In this document: piece by piece, positions 1 to 12,169 of the stretch
How positions within the stretch are numbered: position 1 is the stretch's first letter
Layout of the letters: the number at the start of each line of letters is the position of its first letter
NCBI RefSeq assembly: GCF_001194135.2
Contig: NC_068999.1
Span: 5,160,985-5,203,990, forward strand
DNA length: 43,006 nt
Direction: 5' to 3'
Origin: Octopus bimaculoides
Taxonomy: Eukaryota
Notes under the pieces: generated by a model
Told to the model about the DNA's origin: nothing
Databases searched by the model: none
The model's input: the letters and a program-made list of their open reading frames with translations, nothing else
Position numbers and translations under genes: made by a program

Positions 1-220
1 TATGACCACCACCACTGCCATCATTGTCACTACTGCCACCACCACCAACTGCAATACACTATTATACCATTTATTCTAGTTTTGTTAATCCAAACAGACC
101 AAGTACCCTTGGCCACCCTTCTCCCCACCCCTCACACCATACCATACCTTTTGCAGAGAAATAAGCAAATTTAGAAGGTGAGGGAAGAAATGTATAGGGT
201 TGTGTGTGTGTGTCTAGATA

Positions 221-369
221 TGCATGGCTGTGTGGTAAGAAGTTTGCTTCTTAACCACATGGTTCTGAGTTCAGTCCCACTGTGTGGCACCTTGGGCAAA
301 TGTCTTCTATAGTCTTGGGCTGACCAAAACCTTGTGAGTGGATTTGGTTGATGGAAACTGAAAGAAGCC
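221..369 (+). mobile_element. SINE family A, 5' half
   Basis: TGGCTGTGTGGTAAGAAG (A-box-like) ... AGTTCAGTCCCACTG (B-box-like) ... CCTTGGGCAAA ... GGAAACTGAAAGAAGCC; homologous to many other copies in the window. Confidence 0.8.
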
Positions 370-397
370 TCTCTCTGTGTGTGTGTGTGTGTGTATA

Positions 398-618
398 CAG
401 GGTGTGGTGAATAAATTGTCGTCTAAATTACGCAAAAATGAAAATAACACTGACATCTCATTTTAAGATATATTTACCAAAATTACATAAAAATATTTTG
501 AAATACTAATGAGTGCCCAACTGACCCTACTACACTGTGTAGTCGACAAAATCAAAAACAAACAATACACACGTGCAATATGAAAACTATAAAATGGCAA
601 TTTACCCATCACACCCTG
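398..618. mobile_element. Tc1/mariner-type MITE (221 bp)
   Basis: TIRs cagggtgtggtgaataaattgtc (398-420) and ggcaatttacccatcacaccctg (596-618), 19/23 identical. TA on both flanks (396-397, 619-620). No coding capacity. Confidence 0.85.
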
Positions 619-964
619 TATATATATACATATATATATATTAAAAAATTCATTTTTAGTCGATTGATAATTTTATTTAGGTTTATAGTCGTCTGACACG
701 CTTTAGTAATTCATTTGGAATGCTAATTTTTAGTCAATTGTATACACCTTCTTGATAGAACGTTCTATATATTTGTATTTTTATTTACATATATATTTTT
801 TACCTATATTTTTTATATATGTATTCTGTTTATATGTTGAAGGCCATGGTAATGTTTATATATGATCCAATTTGTATGGAAGTGTGGTGTTTATATAAAG
901 TCATTGCCTTGAATTTGATGTTTGTTCTCAAATCAATGTTTATATATATATAGGTATATATATA

Positions 965-1145
965 TAATATATAGTTCAAATTTACAGAAAAAACAAGATG
1001 ACAACAGGTGAGGAAAAAACAAGCAGGTATATTAGTTTAACACTTGGAAAGAATGGAAAAGTCTTCGACGTTTCGAGCCTGTGCTCTTTGACAGAAAGGA
1101 TTAAGAGGGAAAAATATGCATTAACTGTTCAATATGATGAATATG
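965..1145 (-). mobile_element. Short Penelope-like/retrozyme-type terminal fragment with a degenerate hammerhead motif
   Basis: Minus strand 1098-1063 reads CTTT-CTGTCAA-A-GAGC acag GCTC-GAAAC-G-TC-GAAG, a type I minimal hammerhead layout with core substitutions. The fragment is flanked by (AT)n and (GT)n tracts. Confidence 0.5.
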
Positions 1146-1747
1146 TATATGTGTGTGTGTGTATGTGTTTGTTTGACTAAACCCTTCAAGGTAGTTTCAT
1201 GTATGGCTGTAGTCCAATGACAGAAACAAGTACAAGATAAAAGGTGTGTGTGTATATGCATGTGTATATGTGTGAGTCTCTGGTTCAATCCCACTGCATA
1301 GTATCTTAGGCAAATTTCTTTTACTATAGTCTGGACTCAACCCAAGTCTTGTCAATGAAAGTGTAGGGTCTTCGCTGGTCAAGTTTGACCATGTCTCTAC
1401 ACACATATATAGACAGACCTGGACAAAATTGTTTTGAAGAAACCTGGCTGTTGGCCATGCATGTAAGCCTCCTCACTACCAACTGAAGGCAATGGATTGG
1501 TAGAACTATTAGAAGGCTGGAATGAATGTTTCATGCTATCAATTCCAGTTCTTTGTGTTCTGACAACCCCAGTGCCTGGTGCAACTCTCCGGCTTACAAG
1601 TTCTAAACAAACCATCTTACCCATGCCAGCATCAAAAACAGACGCTAACTGATGATGATGATGATTATACTGATGGAGGTCCATTTATACTTTTTTTAAT
1701 ATTTTTAATGTATATTGTTGGCTCGTGTTTGTACTATTTTTTGTCTT

Positions 1748-2116
1748 TTACTTGTTTCAATCATTAGACTGCGGCCATGCTGGGGCACTACCTTGAAGAA
1801 TTTTAGTCCAATAAATCAACCCCTGTCCTTTTTTTAAAAAAAAAACCCATTTATTCTATCAGTCTCTTTTGCTGAACCACAAAGCTATGAGGATGTAAAC
1901 ACACCAACACCAGTTGTCAAGTGGTGGTGGGATATAAACACACGCGTATATTATACAATGGGCTTCTTTCAGTTTCCACATACCAAATCCACTCACAAGA
2001 CTGTGGTCGGCCCAAGACTATTGTAGAAAACACTTGCCAAGGTACCAAGCAGTGAGACTGAACCTGGAACCGTGTGGTTTAGAAGTAAGTTTCTTACCGC
2101 ACAGCTCTGCCTGTGC
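1748..2116 (-). mobile_element. SINE family A, near full length, diverged
   Basis: Reverse complement of the family A head, body and tail. Confidence 0.8.
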
Positions 2117-2385
2117 TTCTCTATATATAATGTAATACATTCGTTGCTATATTTGTTTTCGCAACAATTTCCCCCAAACTAGCATAAGATAATCTAATAA
2201 TATTTGTGAGGTGTTGTTTTTACAGCTGGAAGCTGCCCTTAACTTATTTACTAAACCTTACCTGATTTTTAAGCGAGGGAGTTTCCATGGTAGAATTACC
2301 GGATAATTTGTTGTGAGAGAAATGTCAACAAATATCACCATTTGTAGCTCAGCTATTTTTTTTTTAGAAAGTGCAGAATGTAAAG

Positions 2386-2420
<35 letters not shown>

Positions 2421-2684
2421 CACACACAACACACACCTATCATTGTCGTTCTGATGTCCTTTTTTCCATACTTGCATGGGTCAGATGGGATTTATTGAAG
2501 CAAATTTTCTATGGAAGGATGCCTTTCCTGTCACTAACCCATACCAGTTTCCAAATAAGATATATTTCCTCACGTTTTTCAGGAAAGACTGGAAACAGTG
2601 TTGCTTGTGTGACCATGGTGCTTGCTTTTGACCACTCGCTGGATGTCAGGACAAGATTAAACACACACACACATACATTTTTGA

Positions 2685-2832
2685 CAGGCTTCTTTCAGTT
2701 TCTGTCCACCAAATCGACTTTGGTTGGCCTGGGGTCTATAGTAGAAGACACTTGCCCAAGGTGCTGTGCGGTGGAGCTGAACATGAGACCATATGGTTGG
2801 GAAGCAAGCTCCTTATCCACACAACCATGCCT
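2685..2832 (-). mobile_element. SINE family A, 5' half
   Basis: ggcttctttcagtttc...cacttgcccaaggtg...cacacaaccatgcc. Confidence 0.75.
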
Positions 2833-2924
2833 AGTTACTCAAATTATATTTGAAATTATTTTCAGACAAAATCACCATTATACAAAAAAAAAACTTCGCA
2901 AATTTATTTTTTAAATTCAAGTTC

Positions 2925-3371
2925 TCTTAAGTTTCCATTTTGTTCCTGAACATTTCAGTTTTAACTTTCAAAGTGAAAACGTTTCTTTTCTTCCATCACA
3001 GAATCATATTAAACTCATTAAGCTTCTCCAGATACAGCTAACAAATAAGACATTTTGCAAAACCAGTTCTCATCACGGAAGAATTTTTGCCGTTGCACTT
3101 TTGCAATTCTAAAAGTTTGTTGAACCTAGATCAGATCCCAAATTCTGGCATAGGTTTACAAATAGATGGCTATTCAATGAAATTAATAACATTCAACTCC
3201 ATCTTGTATTACTGCACTTAACTCTGAAAAACATTTTTTTAAACCATTAATTAATGCTTCTTCTTCATGAGTCATGCAATGAGAGAATATGTTGCTGATG
3301 TATTACTTGCAGATTTAACTTTGGCTTCAAATCCTGTGTTTCTTTATTTATCTTTTTTTGTTGTTGCTATC

Positions 3372-3404
<33 letters not shown>

Positions 3405-4330
3405 ACTAACACAGTTATTTCATTCTGGATAGGCTTCTTAAAAAAAAAAACAATTGGTCCCTTTTGAAGAAATGTGTAGAGTGAAGCTGTTTGATAAGAG
3501 GAGGATTGAGGACGTGATGGGGATGCTAGGGGTTGGAAGAATTACTGGAACGACTGGCAAGGGCGAATGGAATGCGGTGGTATGGGCATGTGTTGAGGAG
3601 GAATGAGGAGCGTGTGTGTGTGTGTTACTATCTTCTTACCTTGATATCATGTAACTATTGTAAGCGAGTATCACAATGATATATGTAATGTCCTTTGTCC
3701 ACCTTCCTTGAAAACATGTCCGGTCATTGAGGAACATTACCTTGCTTGGTGACAGGGTTGGTGACAGAAAGGGCATCTAACTGTAGAAAACATGCCCCAA
3801 TACATTCCATGTAAGCATGGAGATGTGAACATTAAAACAACGATTATGATGACTGGTCTTTCTGTAAATAATTTCTATGATTCCACATGCAGCTGTAATA
3901 AAAGTTCTTTGCCAATCTTGTAGGATTTCTTAGCATTTGGAATTACAGAGCTTTGTACGATGGCATTAAGTATTTTCCTTGAACCACCGAATGCTTTTCA
4001 AAGAATTTGCTTTTGTACTTTTGATGATTTCTGCAACCTTTCAAAAAAATGGTAAAGATTTGCCTGCATAGGAAACATGCCTGGTATTAAGTTGTCTTTT
4101 AATTTAGCAGACTTCATACTTCCATTCACCAAATATTTCTTTACATATCAAGTAGACTGGATAGTGTTCTTTATGGCTAAGAACAAAAGTAAATCCATTT
4201 TGCAAGAATAGATTTGTTTGTTTATTTTTCTCTTTACTTTGGATGAGACATTTTAGTTTCTTTGAATTCGTGTCACTATATCCAGGCTGTTCATAAAATA
4301 TTATGCCACCGTAATTTTCTGCTATGTTCT
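2925..4330 (-). pseudogene. Fossil hAT (Buster/Charlie, ZBED5-like) transposase, fragmented and interrupted
   Basis: Frameshifted minus-strand peptides occur in the expected order: FLQNGFTFV...P..LICKEIF / SMKSAKLK..NTRH / AKKSYKIGKELLL / GFEAKVK..HCMTHEEEAL / SELSAVIQDGV-VINFI-LFVNLCQNLGSD / FFRDENWFCKMSYL-EKLNEFNMIL..NVFTLKVKTEMFRNK. Interrupted by microsatellites and a family C repeat at ~3640-3850. Confidence 0.8.
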
Positions 4331-4376
4331 TCGACAAATTTAACTGTTTATCCATGGAGAGAGATTTTTAATTCTA

Positions 4377-4410
<34 letters not shown>

Positions 4411-4411
<1 letters not shown>

Positions 4412-4752
4412 TGGTTTCAGGTTCAGTCCCACTGTGTGGCACCTTGGGAAAGTGTCTTCTACTATAGCCTCGGGCCAGCCAAAGCCTTGTGAGTGGATTT
4501 GGTAGACGGAAACTGAAAGAAGCGCGCCGTATATGTGTATATATATATGTGTGTTTGTGTGTCTGTGTTTGTCCTCCCAACATCGCTTGACAACCGATGC
4601 TGGTGTGTCTACGTCCCCGTAACTTAGCGGTTCGGCAAAAGAGACCGACAGAATAAGTACTAGGTTTACAAAGAATTAGTCCTGGAGTCGATTTGCTCGA
4701 CTAAAGGCGGTGCTCCAGCATGGCCACAGTCGAATGACTGAAACAAGTAAAT
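4411..4752 (+). mobile_element. SINE family A, young copy within an (AAT)n tract
   Basis: Closely matches the copies at 36850-37300 and 6905-7262; (AAT)n on both sides. Confidence 0.85.
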
Positions 4753-4760
4753 GAGAATGA

Positions 4761-4794
<34 letters not shown>

Positions 4795-4814
4795 TAATAA
4801 TAATAATAATAATT

Positions 4815-5235
4815 TCAAATTTTAGCAACACAAGATCAGCAATTTTGTGGGTGGGGGGATAAGTCGATTACATTGACCCCATTGATCAACTGGTACTTAA
4901 TTTTATTGATCCCAAAAGGATGAGAACCAAATTCAACCTTGGTGAAATTTGAACCCAGAATGTAAAAATGGACACAATATTACTAAGCTTTTTTCTGCCA
5001 GCTAATGGTAATAATAATGTTTTCTACTCTAAGCACAAGGCCTTGGAAATTTTTTGGGAAGGAGGCTAGTCGATTATATCAACCCCAGTGCATAACTGGT
5101 ACTTATTTAATCGACCCCAAAGCATGAAAGGCAAAATCAGTCTCAGCAGAATTTGAACTCAGAAAATAGCAGCAGACAAAATACTGCGAAGCATTTTGCC
5201 CAGCATGCTGAAGATTCTGCCAGTTTGCCACATTG
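4815..5235 (-). mobile_element. Two tandem copies of SINE family B (Nin-domain-like)
   Basis: Reverse complement of gagttcaaattc...gcctttcat...ggggtcgattaaataagtaccagtt...ctggggt; the central motif resembles the Nin SINE domain as I recall it (family name is tentative). Confidence 0.7.
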
Positions 5236-6260
5236 CTATTATAATGGTAATCATAATGTTTTGAAAATAACTTTGAAAAATTCAAAGCAATAACTGAACA
5301 TGAAATGATGATGATGATGATGATATGAATTATAAAATTGAAGCAGTTAGTCATTTTTCTATTTGGTTTTAATAAAGTTACTCTGGAAAATGGGGGGGGG
5401 GGGAGACTGGTGTCACTGTTTGTTAATCTCAAGTAAATTATGGGCACATATTCTAATTAATTTATGTCAACAAATGCCTGCTAGTCCTACATGTTTCTCT
5501 CTCCCTCTCTCTCACTCTGTCTGTCTGTCTATCTGTCTGTCTGTCTGTCTGTCTCTCTCCTTCCCTTTCCAACTCTCTCAGATCAAGACTTCAAAATCAT
5601 AACTGTAACATGTCATTAACACCACTCTTCCAAACACTCACACATACACAATGCTTCCCTGTGTGTACGAATAAATTACATTATATATATTAATATTATG
5701 AATGAATTGTGGATTAATAGCCAAGATATTTTGTGAAGATAGACATTTGTAAAGAACACCTTGAGAGCAAGCTAAACAATGGGCCCACTGATGGGAATTG
5801 AACCATGTACTATTTGTTTACTGGGTGAATCTTTGAAATTGTTGTTTACCATTTAACATATACGTACTTTTGGAGTTGTTGTTTAGCCCTAGGTCAGACC
5901 TGTGTGAGCAAACTTTGAAAACAGGTAAAAGTTGATGACAGGAAGGGCATCTGTCTTTAGAAAACCAGCCTCAATGGATTCTACCCAACCTATGCAAGCA
6001 TAGAAAATCGATGTTAAACGATGATGATGATGATGGAGGGGGTGGAAAATCATAAAGCCCCCCACCCCTCTCTGTGGACTAACTATATTGAAATACTTAG
6101 TTATGTCCCTTGAATTTCTTAGAAAATCAAATCCTGCTGAAGTCGACTTTCTTTCATTTCATTTCTCCGGGGTGGGTGATAAAATAAATCAACATAAAGT
6201 GTCTGGATTTGACTAACTACGTGCTTCCACCTTCATTTGAGGCTATGCTCCTTGTTTTAG

Positions 6261-6300
<40 letters not shown>

Positions 6301-6404
6301 TAATGGTAATAATAATTTGTCAGTTTAATTTAAATTTATCTTCTAAAGTGTTTCTTGAAAACTGTAAGAAAAAAAAAAAAATACAGCTGTTAATGGTGCC
6401 ATAC

Positions 6405-6472
6405 CTTTGCCTGCCATTTTTGGAGTTGCTCTACTTCGAAATTCATGGCATATTTATAGTGTTCTTCTATAT
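6405..6472 (-). CDS. Candidate orphan coding exon of an unidentified minus-strand gene
   Basis: On the minus strand: ctctctctttctttctctgctctAG | 68 nt open frame (x)IEEHYKYAMNFEVEQLQKWQAK | AAG-GTATGG donor; phase 1-0. I do not recognise the protein and found no partner exons. Confidence 0.35.
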
Positions 6473-6677
6473 CTAGAGCAGAGAAAGAAAGAGAGAGAGA
6501 GAGAGCATGTGTGTGTGTGTGTGTGTGTGTGCAGTTGGGTGGTTGGTTGGTTGTATGGGTGGTGAGGGGTGCACTGAAGCAGAAGGCAGCATGTGGGGAG
6601 TGGGTGGAGGGTAGTTGTGCAATAAGAAAGATATATGGGGAGTGTTTTGAGAAAGCGTGTATACATACGATAACGAT

Positions 6678-6711
<34 letters not shown>

Positions 6712-6904
6712 CCCTATCTATTACGACGATGATCATATAGTGTGTGTATGTATGTATATATATATATAGATATATAGATAGATAGATATATAGATATGAT
6801 TTGATCAATAGACAGGAAAGTGTGTATCTATAATGATGTACTTGTGTATGTATGTATATAAATGTATATATATAATACATTTGTGTATACATTTTACTAT
6901 CTTA

Positions 6905-7262
6905 CTCTTTTACAGAGTTCAGTCATTTGACTGCAGCCATGCTGGAGCACCGCCTTTAGTCGAAGAAATCGACTGCAGGACTTATTCTTTGAAAGTTTAG
7001 TACTTACTCTATCTACCTCCACTGCCAAACCGCTAAGTTTCGGGGACATAAACACACCAACATTGGTTGTCAAATGATGGTGGTGGGGACAAACATAGAC
7101 ACAAAAGCACACACCCATGAATATATATACATACACACACACACAGAGGGCTTCTTTCAGTTTCTGTCTACCAAATCCACCCACAAGGCTTTGATCAGCC
7201 CAAGGCTATAGTAGAAAACACTTGCCCAAGGTGCCACGCAGTGGGATTGAACCCAGAACCAT
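6905..7262 (-). mobile_element. SINE family A, near full length
   Basis: tcatttgactgcagccatgctggagcaccgcctttagtcga ... cacttgcccaaggtgccacgcagtgggattgaaccc. Confidence 0.85.
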
Positions 7263-7499
7263 GTGTGTGCGTATGCATATTCTTTCATTAGTTTCAGTCA
7301 TTGGAGAGCGGCCATGCTGGAGCATAGTCTCCAAGGGATTTAGCCAGTCATATCAACCCTAGTTCATATTTCAGTCTTGTAACTATTTAATTGATCTAAT
7401 TAATCAAATTACGCTAATTTGCGTTTTGACAGAATGCCACTTTTTAAACCAGTATCAGCAAAAACACAGTCTCATTTACACACGTGTACAAGACAAGTA

Positions 7500-7657
7500 A
7501 TGCTGGTGTGTTTACGTCCCCGTAACTTAGCGGTTCGGCAAAAAGAGACTGATAGAATAAGTACTAGGCTTGCAAAGAATAAGTCCTGGGGTTGATTTGT
7601 TCATCTAAAGGCGGTGCTCCAGCATGGCCGCAGTCAAATGACCGAAACGAATAAAAG
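7500..7657 (+). mobile_element. SINE family A, 3' half
   Basis: gctggtgtgtttacgtccccgtaacttagcggttcggc...ggcggtgctccagcatggccgcagtcaaatga. Confidence 0.8.
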
Positions 7658-8081
7658 AATGTGTGTGTGTGTGTGTAGATGTACATGTATATTTGTGTGT
7701 GTAGATGTATGGGTGTGTATGTATGTATGTGTATATGTATAGATGTGTGTGTGTGCTTGTCACTCGCCAGTAGTCATAACTGGAGTTTCGCAGACGTTGA
7801 CCTCCTCCTGGGCCCCTCACCCATGACCCCGTGGGGCATCATGGATGTGATTGCTAGAGAGAGAGAGAGAGAAAGTGAGGGAGGGAAAGATATATCAGGT
7901 TTACTCTGGTACTCACTCATAAGCAGACTGAAGCTACACAGAATGAAGTTTCTTGTCCAAGGACACAATGCACCACCACTGAGTCCAGAAATTGAACCCT
8001 TGATCTTATGATCGTGACCCTAACACTCTAACCACTAGGTATCAGTGGGTGTATAGAGGCATGCATATATGTGTGTTTGTA

Positions 8082-8136
<55 letters not shown>

Positions 8137-8678
8137 NNNNNNNNNNNNNNNNNNNNNNNNNNNNNNNNNNNNNNNNNNNNNNNNNNNNNNNNNNNNNNNN
8201 NNNNNNNNNNNNNNNNNNNNNNNNNNNNNNNNNNNNNNNNNNNNNNNNNNNNNNNNNNNNNNNNNNNNNNNNNNNNNNNNNNNNNNNNNNNNNNNNNNNN
8301 NNNNNNNNNNNNNNNNNNNNNNNNNNNNNNNNNNNNNNNNNNNNNNNNNNNNNNNNNNNNNNNNNNNNNNNNNNNNNNNNNNNNNNNNNNNNNNNNNNNN
8401 NNNNNNNNNNNNNNNNNNNNNNNNNNNNNNNNNNNNNNNNNNNNNNNNNNNNNNNNNNNNNNNNNNNNNNNNNNNNNNNNNNNNNNNNNNNNNNNNNNNN
8501 NNNNNNNNNNNNNNNNNNNNNNNNNNNNNNNNNNNNNNNNNNNNNNNNNNNNNNNNNNNNNNNNNNNNNNNNNNNNNNNNNNNNNNNNNNNNNNNNNNNN
8601 NNNNNNNNNNNNNNNNNNNNNNNNNNNNNNNNNNNNNNNNNNNNNNNNNNNNNNNNNNNNNNNNNNNNNNNNNNNNNN

Positions 8679-8713
<35 letters not shown>

Positions 8714-9131
8714 GTATCCAGCCTGCACCAGCATGGAATATTTATGTTAAATGATAATATATAATGAATCAACATAGAATCTTCTGCATGGTAGCCTGAC
8801 TTGCTAGATATAGCCGACAAATTCCCTCTAATCGCACCTTACCATAAGAAAAAAAAAAGATGTATACATTAGATAATGTAGTTCTGAATAGGTTTTTCTG
8901 GTAATAGCTGGAATGTTTATGATTGAAGTTCTACTCGATCAGGTCTGACCTGGGGCTAAACATGAACAGTGATATTTGTATACTTACCCACGTGTATTTA
9001 GGAAAGTATAAACAGCACCTGCTGTGGTTGGACCTATGTATAGTGTTATACATTATTTTAGCATTTGTGTTTGTATGTATGTATGTATGTGTGTGTATAT
9101 ATATTTATATATCGAAATATTTTTTTATATA

Positions 9132-9176
<45 letters not shown>

Positions 9177-9552
9177 CGAAATTATCCCTTTTTTGTGGTG
9201 CAGAGCCTTGGCTGCTCTTTCTAGCAGGTTAGATGCCCCTTATGGGCATCTCTAATGTGTATTAAATGTACACTATTTTACATGAATAAAATATAGTCTG
9301 TTGACTAATTTTCTTCTCGCTACACCACTGGTAGTAATTAAATTTCTTAATATTTTGCTACCCTTAGACTTATATATATACATATACACACATATATTCA
9401 CACATCTACGTGCACACACATGCACTTAGATATATAAATATATATGTACATATATAAATACACACATATACACACCTCTATATATAGCTACATTGTGTAC
9501 ATTACGTTTGTATTAGGTTTCATTGTATTTGTTCTTGTGCTATTGTGTGTGG

Positions 9553-9617
<65 letters not shown>

Positions 9618-10171
9618 CATACATATATATATGTGTGTGTGTGTGTATGTGTAGTTTCTGTTACTCCTATCTACATGTGTGTCTACATACATGTACGTAG
9701 TCAGGTTTTTTTATTAGCTTCCTTTACTTGAGACTCTTTGATTATGGGTGTAACTGAGAGGTTACAAAGTTGTTTTGTCAGCATGGCACCTTAGCCATTG
9801 TCCTTCACCATAGCATGAGGTCAACCCAGGACTTGTTTAGTGCAGTTTGGTTAGACATAAGCTGCGTGAAAAGCCAGTCAGATGCTGCACTCTACTTGCG
9901 AATCAATGGGCCAGCCGTGTTGTTATGCACTGTTATGCAAATTTTGCCTGAAGATTACATTTAGGCTGCATCTCTGGTACACTCAGCCACATATGCATTA
10001 ACAGACAGGAATCGGTTTACTTTGCATTTGGAGGTATGTGCTTGTACCTCTTGGTAATGTGGGATGGGGAGGCTGCACCCGTCTGTGGCATGTGCGCATG
10101 TAAATAACTGTGCATGGCAGCTATTGTCTGTGTCTGGTGAACAAATGTATGTATAAGCACACATGCACACA

Positions 10172-10211
<40 letters not shown>

Positions 10212-10346
10212 TATATATAGATTCTGTTGTGCTTGTCTGTGTCATGTTTTTATATAGCTTGTGTTGCACTTACCTGTGCCATGTGTGTTTTGCATATAGA
10301 TGTGTGTGTATACACACACACACATATATATATTCATATATATATG

Positions 10347-10378
<32 letters not shown>

Positions 10379-10477
10379 CAGATAAAATAGAAAATATGAG
10401 TAAGTTTCTATGAGCTGAGAGAGTGGCATTATAGAATTTCAGGGATTTGTTTGTACATAGAGAACAAAAAATATGTA

Positions 10478-10519
<42 letters not shown>

Positions 10520-10801
10520 TGTGTGAGAGAGAGAGATGTGTGTGTTAAGGTTATTATTTTGAACCAAGTTTAAGAAAAATAAAGCATTTACTAACAAGGG
10601 AGTATTATGTTAAAGGTGGTGTCGTATTTAAGAGACGCCTTACTTGAAAAACAGGAAGGACATGGTGCTTAAATACCTCGGTCTATTCATTTAACTTGTG
10701 CATGCATGGAAAAAGACAAAGAAAACAAATGAATATGTATATGTGTATATGATAGATATATAGTCATTCACGTGTATGTGTGTGGGTTTGCATATGGTGG
10801 T

Positions 10802-11014
10802 GGGGGAAGCTGAAAAGTCCCTGGCTTTGGGGAAAAGAAAATACAAGAGAATGAGTGAATTATGAATTTATTCGACATATTCCTTTCTCTGATTCGCACA
10901 CTTATTGCAGCAGTCCTTCAGTTTTTCTAAGCCCTGTAAAAGAACTCAGAAAGTTGAGCCTCCATCCAGGCCTTTCGTGATACACTTTAAGCCAGGAATT
11001 TTTCAGCACATTCT
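10802..11014 (-). mobile_element. Non-autonomous mariner deletion derivative (~210 bp)
   Basis: TIR cores gctgaaaagtccctggctt (10809-10827) and aagccaggaatttttcagc (10989-11007), 17/19 identical. The interior on the minus strand encodes GLEKLKDCCNKCANQRKEYVE*, which resembles a mariner transposase C-terminus. Confidence 0.8.
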
Positions 11015-11089
11015 TGTGTGTGTATGTGTGTATAAAGTAAAAGACTCTTGGATGAACTGAGCAACCAAATCTAGAAAAAACAAGACATT

Positions 11090-11450
11090 CCCTCATATTT
11101 CTTGAGGCGACTATGTTCAACATATCCCCAGTCTATATGTAATCTTTCCCAAGGCTTTGATTTGAGCCACTTATCAGTACAAAGGGTGCCTTTTAAAACC
11201 AATTTTAGCATGTCACAAGATCTAACAAATTCTTCAGTATTTCTACCAAGATTGCACTGCCAAACACACACCATTCCATTCTTCTGCTTCTTACATATCC
11301 ACGTGTATGTCATGAATTATACAAAGAACTTTTGCATAAGATTCAGGAATAAATGGACCATTTTATTAAAGATAGCATTATTCTGTACAGTCATTTTAGC
11401 TGACAAATTGTTATTCTAAAAGACTTGGTTTAGGCCAACCTTTTTCCTGT
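11090..11450 (-). pseudogene. Ty3/Gypsy LTR-retrotransposon integrase fragment
   Basis: The minus strand gives GWPK / TVQNNAIF / IPESYAKVLCIIHDIH / RNTEEFVRSCD...KPWERLHIDWGY, i.e. the zinc-binding region and the start of the integrase core (PWER.HID). Contains stops and frameshifts. Confidence 0.7.
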
Positions 11451-12169
11451 AATGTAATTCTTTAAGCAAACAGAGTTCATGTGTTAAAAAAAGACATTTA
11501 AAATCTGAAATACTCTGAACATCAACAAAAGTTGAATTATCATTTTACACATGCATTGCATTCTGGGTTAGGCAAGCTTGGCTGTATGGTTAAGAAGTTG
11601 GCTTCGTAACCACATGGCTAGAGGTTCAATCCCATTTTATGTAACCACTGTTAATCACATTTTATATTATAGCTGCAGTATTTAGTATTGTATATAACTA
11701 TACTTATGCCTTTATATTATAATATAGTATAGAACTGACGTTTTGTAGTCTATCAATTTATCTCACATACTGAGTGAAATTGATAGAATGCTGAAGAAAC
11801 CTCTCTCTCTCTAATCAGTGTGTGTGTGTGTGTGTGTTTGAGTGAGTTTGTACTCCTCTTGTTTTTATGTGTGTTTGCTGATTGTAAACAAACAACAGCC
11901 TCACTATCAATACAGATAGGATTGTTCGCTTGCAGTCATCCATGGAATCGTGTCTGGACTCCTTGACATATTTTGATGAGTTGCGCAGAGGCTTGTTCAA
12001 ATGGTGTCATTTGTTTCCAGTTCACTGCACAACCATTATCCAGGCTGTTCATTGTTCAGTAGACTTGGAAATTATTTATTTGCTTGGAAACAGGCGAGGA
12101 TTGGTGACAGGAAAGGCATCTACACTATAGAAAGTTTGCTTCAACAAATTCTGCCTAACATTTTTACAA

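Noticed and set aside
2130-2443. Extension of the hAT fossil into the dimerisation domain, or an exon ending at the minus-strand donor CAG|GTAAGG near 2260
   Set aside because: The expected LLPF.STYLCE motif is not recoverable and there is no suitable acceptor.
8035-8820. Long ORFs crossing N gaps (also at 12836-13683, 18089-18575, 32455-32778, 35689-36161, 39065-40169 and 41683-42160)
   Set aside because: They are open only because N codons give X; the flanks are YI/CV/HT dinucleotide-repeat translations.
9965-10033. 69-nt plus-strand exon candidate (AG...GAG|GTATGT; AASLVHSATYALTDRNRFTLHLE)
   Set aside because: Weak polypyrimidine tract, no recognisable homology, and phase 0 does not fit the phase-2 entry at 20521.
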